Below are positions 56,065 to 57,853 of a stretch of DNA of 57,853 bases, in pieces. This DNA is from a bacterium (GTDB taxonomy: Bacteria > Desulfobacterota > DSWW01). Made by a program: the position numbers and the translations under genes. The notes beneath the pieces are model-generated. The model was not told the DNA's origin, searched no databases, and saw nothing but the letters and a program-made list of their open reading frames with translations. Location: assembly GCA_040756235.1 (NCBI GenBank), contig JBFLZG010000005.1, positions 37,997 through 95,849 of the forward strand, written 5' to 3'. Each line of letters begins with the position of its first letter. The first letter of the stretch is position 1.

Positions 56065-57525
56065 ATGAAGGAGCGCAGGCAGAGGAGAGAGGTCACGCTG
56101 GACGAGGTCTTTTCCCCGCGCGGGGTCGCGGTGGTCGGCGTCTCGGCGGCGAAGCTGGCGTTTGCCGAGCTGGTCGTCCATTCCCTGAAGCTGGCGAAGT
56201 TCCCTGCCATCTATCCGGTCAACCCGAAGTATCGGGAAATCCTGGGGCTGCGCTGCTATGCGAGCCTTCTCGATATTCCGGGGGAAGTGGATCACGTGGT
56301 CGTCAACATCCCCGCAGAGGCGGCCCTGAAGCTTCTGGACGATTGCGCCGCCAAGGGTGTGAGGTCCGTCCACTTCTTCACGGCCGGGTTCAGCGAGAGC
56401 GGCGACGCCGCAAAGGCGCGGCTCGAAGGCGAGATGCTGGCCAAGGCGAGGGCGGGAGGGTTTCGGATCATCGGCCCGAACTGCATCGGGCTCTACGTGC
56501 CCAAAAGCCGGCTGGTCAACGATGTCAGCGCTCCGCTGGAGCCCGGGCCGATCGCTTTCCTTTCCCAGAGCGGCGGCCACGCCCAGAATCTTCCGAGTTA
56601 CAGCCGCGCCAGGGGCCTGCGCTTCAGCAAGATCGTCAGCTACGGAAACGCCCTGGACGTGGACGAATGCGAGCTGCTCGAGTATTTCGCCCAGGATCCG
56701 GAGACCCGGATCATTGCGGCCTATATCGAGGGCGTGAAGGACGGCAAGCGCTTTCTCGAGACCCTCAGGAAGACCGCCGCCCGGAAGCCCGTGGTTCTCT
56801 ACAAAGGAGGGAAGACCGAGGCCGGCCGGCGGGCTGCTTACGGCCACACGGCGAGCCTGACGAGCTCGGTGGCCCTGTTCGAAGCCCTCTGCCGCCAGCT
56901 GGGGGTCATTCAGGTCGATGACGTGGAGGAGATGATCGACGTGCTGACCGCGCTCCAGTTCATCGACCCTCTGCCCAAAGCGACCGGCGTCGCCCTCATC
57001 GGTTCCGGCGGTGGCCCGAGCGTTCTTGCCGGCGACGGGATGGAGAAGGAAGGCCTGCGCCTGCCCGGACTCGCGAGCGCCGTGCAGGCCGAGCTGAAGC
57101 GACGCCTGCCGGTCGCAGGGGGGATCTTCGTCAACCCGATCGACACCACGAACTTGACCGCCGCGGATGCCGTCTCCACGGCCCTGCAGGTCCTCGGCCG
57201 CGTGCCGGAGATCCAGCTGCTCGTGTACCATCTGGGATTCCACCCGATCGGCAGTTGGGGGCTGGACCGATTCGCCTCCGAGGGTTTTCTGAAACCCATG
57301 ATCGACGTGATGCGGGGGGCGGTCGAGAAGAGCGGCAAACCGGTCCTTCTTGCCCTGCGGCCCCCGCAGGACCTCGAGGGGACGAAGGAGTTTCTTGCCG
57401 CCCAGGAGGCGTTCGTGGGAGCCGGCTTCCCGGTGTTCCATTCCATGCGCGGGCTCGCCCGCGCCCTGGCGCGGGTCATCCAGTGGAACCGATCGTTCGC
57501 CGGGCGCGCTCCGGCCGGATCGTGA
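56065..57525 (+). CDS. CoA-binding protein, acyl-CoA synthetase (NDP-forming) alpha subunit-like
   Basis: PRGVAVVGVS, YPVNPK, AGFSE, IIGPNCIG, SQSGG, SYGN, phospho-His AYGHTASL, SGGG; no ATP-grasp domain. Confidence 0.88.
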   Translation: MKERRQRREVTLDEVFSPRGVAVVGVSAAKLAFAELVVHSLKLAKFPAIYPVNPKYREILGLRCYASLLDIPGEVDHVVVNIPAEAALKLLDDCAAKGVRSVHFFTAGFSESGDAAKARLEGEMLAKARAGGFRIIGPNCIGLYVPKSRLVNDVSAPLEPGPIAFLSQSGGHAQNLPSYSRARGLRFSKIVSYGNALDVDECELLEYFAQDPETRIIAAYIEGVKDGKRFLETLRKTAARKPVVLYKGGKTEAGRRAAYGHTASLTSSVALFEALCRQLGVIQVDDVEEMIDVLTALQFIDPLPKATGVALIGSGGGPSVLAGDGMEKEGLRLPGLASAVQAELKRRLPVAGGIFVNPIDTTNLTAADAVSTALQVLGRVPEIQLLVYHLGFHPIGSWGLDRFASEGFLKPMIDVMRGAVEKSGKPVLLALRPPQDLEGTKEFLAAQEAFVGAGFPVFHSMRGLARALARVIQWNRSFAGRAPAGS

Positions 57526-57535
57526 CGTCGCCGAA

Positions 57536-57645
57536 TGTCGCGAGCGAGCCCTGTGGGCACTCGGTAGGGGGGTTGCCACGGCCGCCGGCGCGGCCTCGCA
57601 ACATGCAGACAAGAGTCGCAGGGGCGCTGCTTGCTGCGCCCCTGC
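57536..57645. repeat. Family D-like palindrome plus GCAG/GTAG REP-like hairpin
   Basis: TGTCGCGAG...CTCGCAACA followed by GCAGGGGCGC-TGCTTGCT-GCGCCCCTGC (57618-57645). Confidence 0.55.
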
Positions 57646-57801
57646 ATGGCCCCGCGGAAGCATGGGGCGGGGAAATGCGGCAGAGCCCCGCAAGTCGGAA
57701 CCCGCCTTTTCCCGTCATGCCGGTGCAGGAGGCTGTGTCATAAGCCGGTCAAACCCTCATGCGGCCACTCATTCCGGAGGACTCAGCGGTGCGGCCACAT
57801 G

Positions 57802-57842
57802 CTTTCCGTCATTCCGGCGCAGGCCGGAATCCAGTCCCTGCA
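57802..57842 (+). repeat. Repeat family E copy 2
   Basis: Direct repeat of 54628-54668. Confidence 0.85.
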
Positions 57843-57853
57843 CCCGGTTCCTG

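Noticed and set aside
57729..57760. Possible IS terminus (GGCTGTGTCATAA) near the window end
   Set aside because: No partner repeat or transposase visible; window is truncated

Overview
High-GC bacterial chromosomal segment. Gene content (LPS/LptD, HdrABC, four-subunit 2-oxoacid:ferredoxin oxidoreductase, 2-hydroxyacyl-CoA dehydratase-like pair, multiheme cytochrome) suggests a diderm, mainly anaerobic Deltaproteobacteria-type organism; this is an inference. It holds about 50 protein genes and one tRNA-Pro(GGG). In order: XRE-cupin regulator plus acyl-CoA dehydrogenase; sucA-sucB-lpdA; DtxR-family regulator with feoA-feoB; an LPS/nucleotide-sugar cluster (Kdo kinase-like, GT9, MsbA-like, GT4, epimerase, lptD, rmlB, rmlD, UXS) interrupted by trpC-trpF; lepB-pyrC-greA; three uncharacterised genes (UBP zinc finger, two secreted proteins); a minus-strand run korD-A-B-G, hdrA::mvhD, hdrC, hdrB, sirtuin; NUDIX, DUF3795-like and glgB; an ArsR-led polyferredoxin, dehydratase-like pair and ACAD cluster; a NagD-like HAD; a Tat-lipoprotein, GMC flavoprotein and heptaheme lipoprotein cytochrome module; and an acyl-CoA synthetase alpha subunit. 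I recognised no transposase, integrase, phage gene or CRISPR array. Intergenic DNA is dense with small palindromic repeats and MITE-like elements from at least five families, several nested inside one another. The best candidates for undescribed systems are the Kor-Hdr-sirtuin operon, the GMC/heptaheme module, the activase-less dehydratase operon and the cargo-swapping nested MITE family. All functional calls come from motif recognition by eye; no database search was run.
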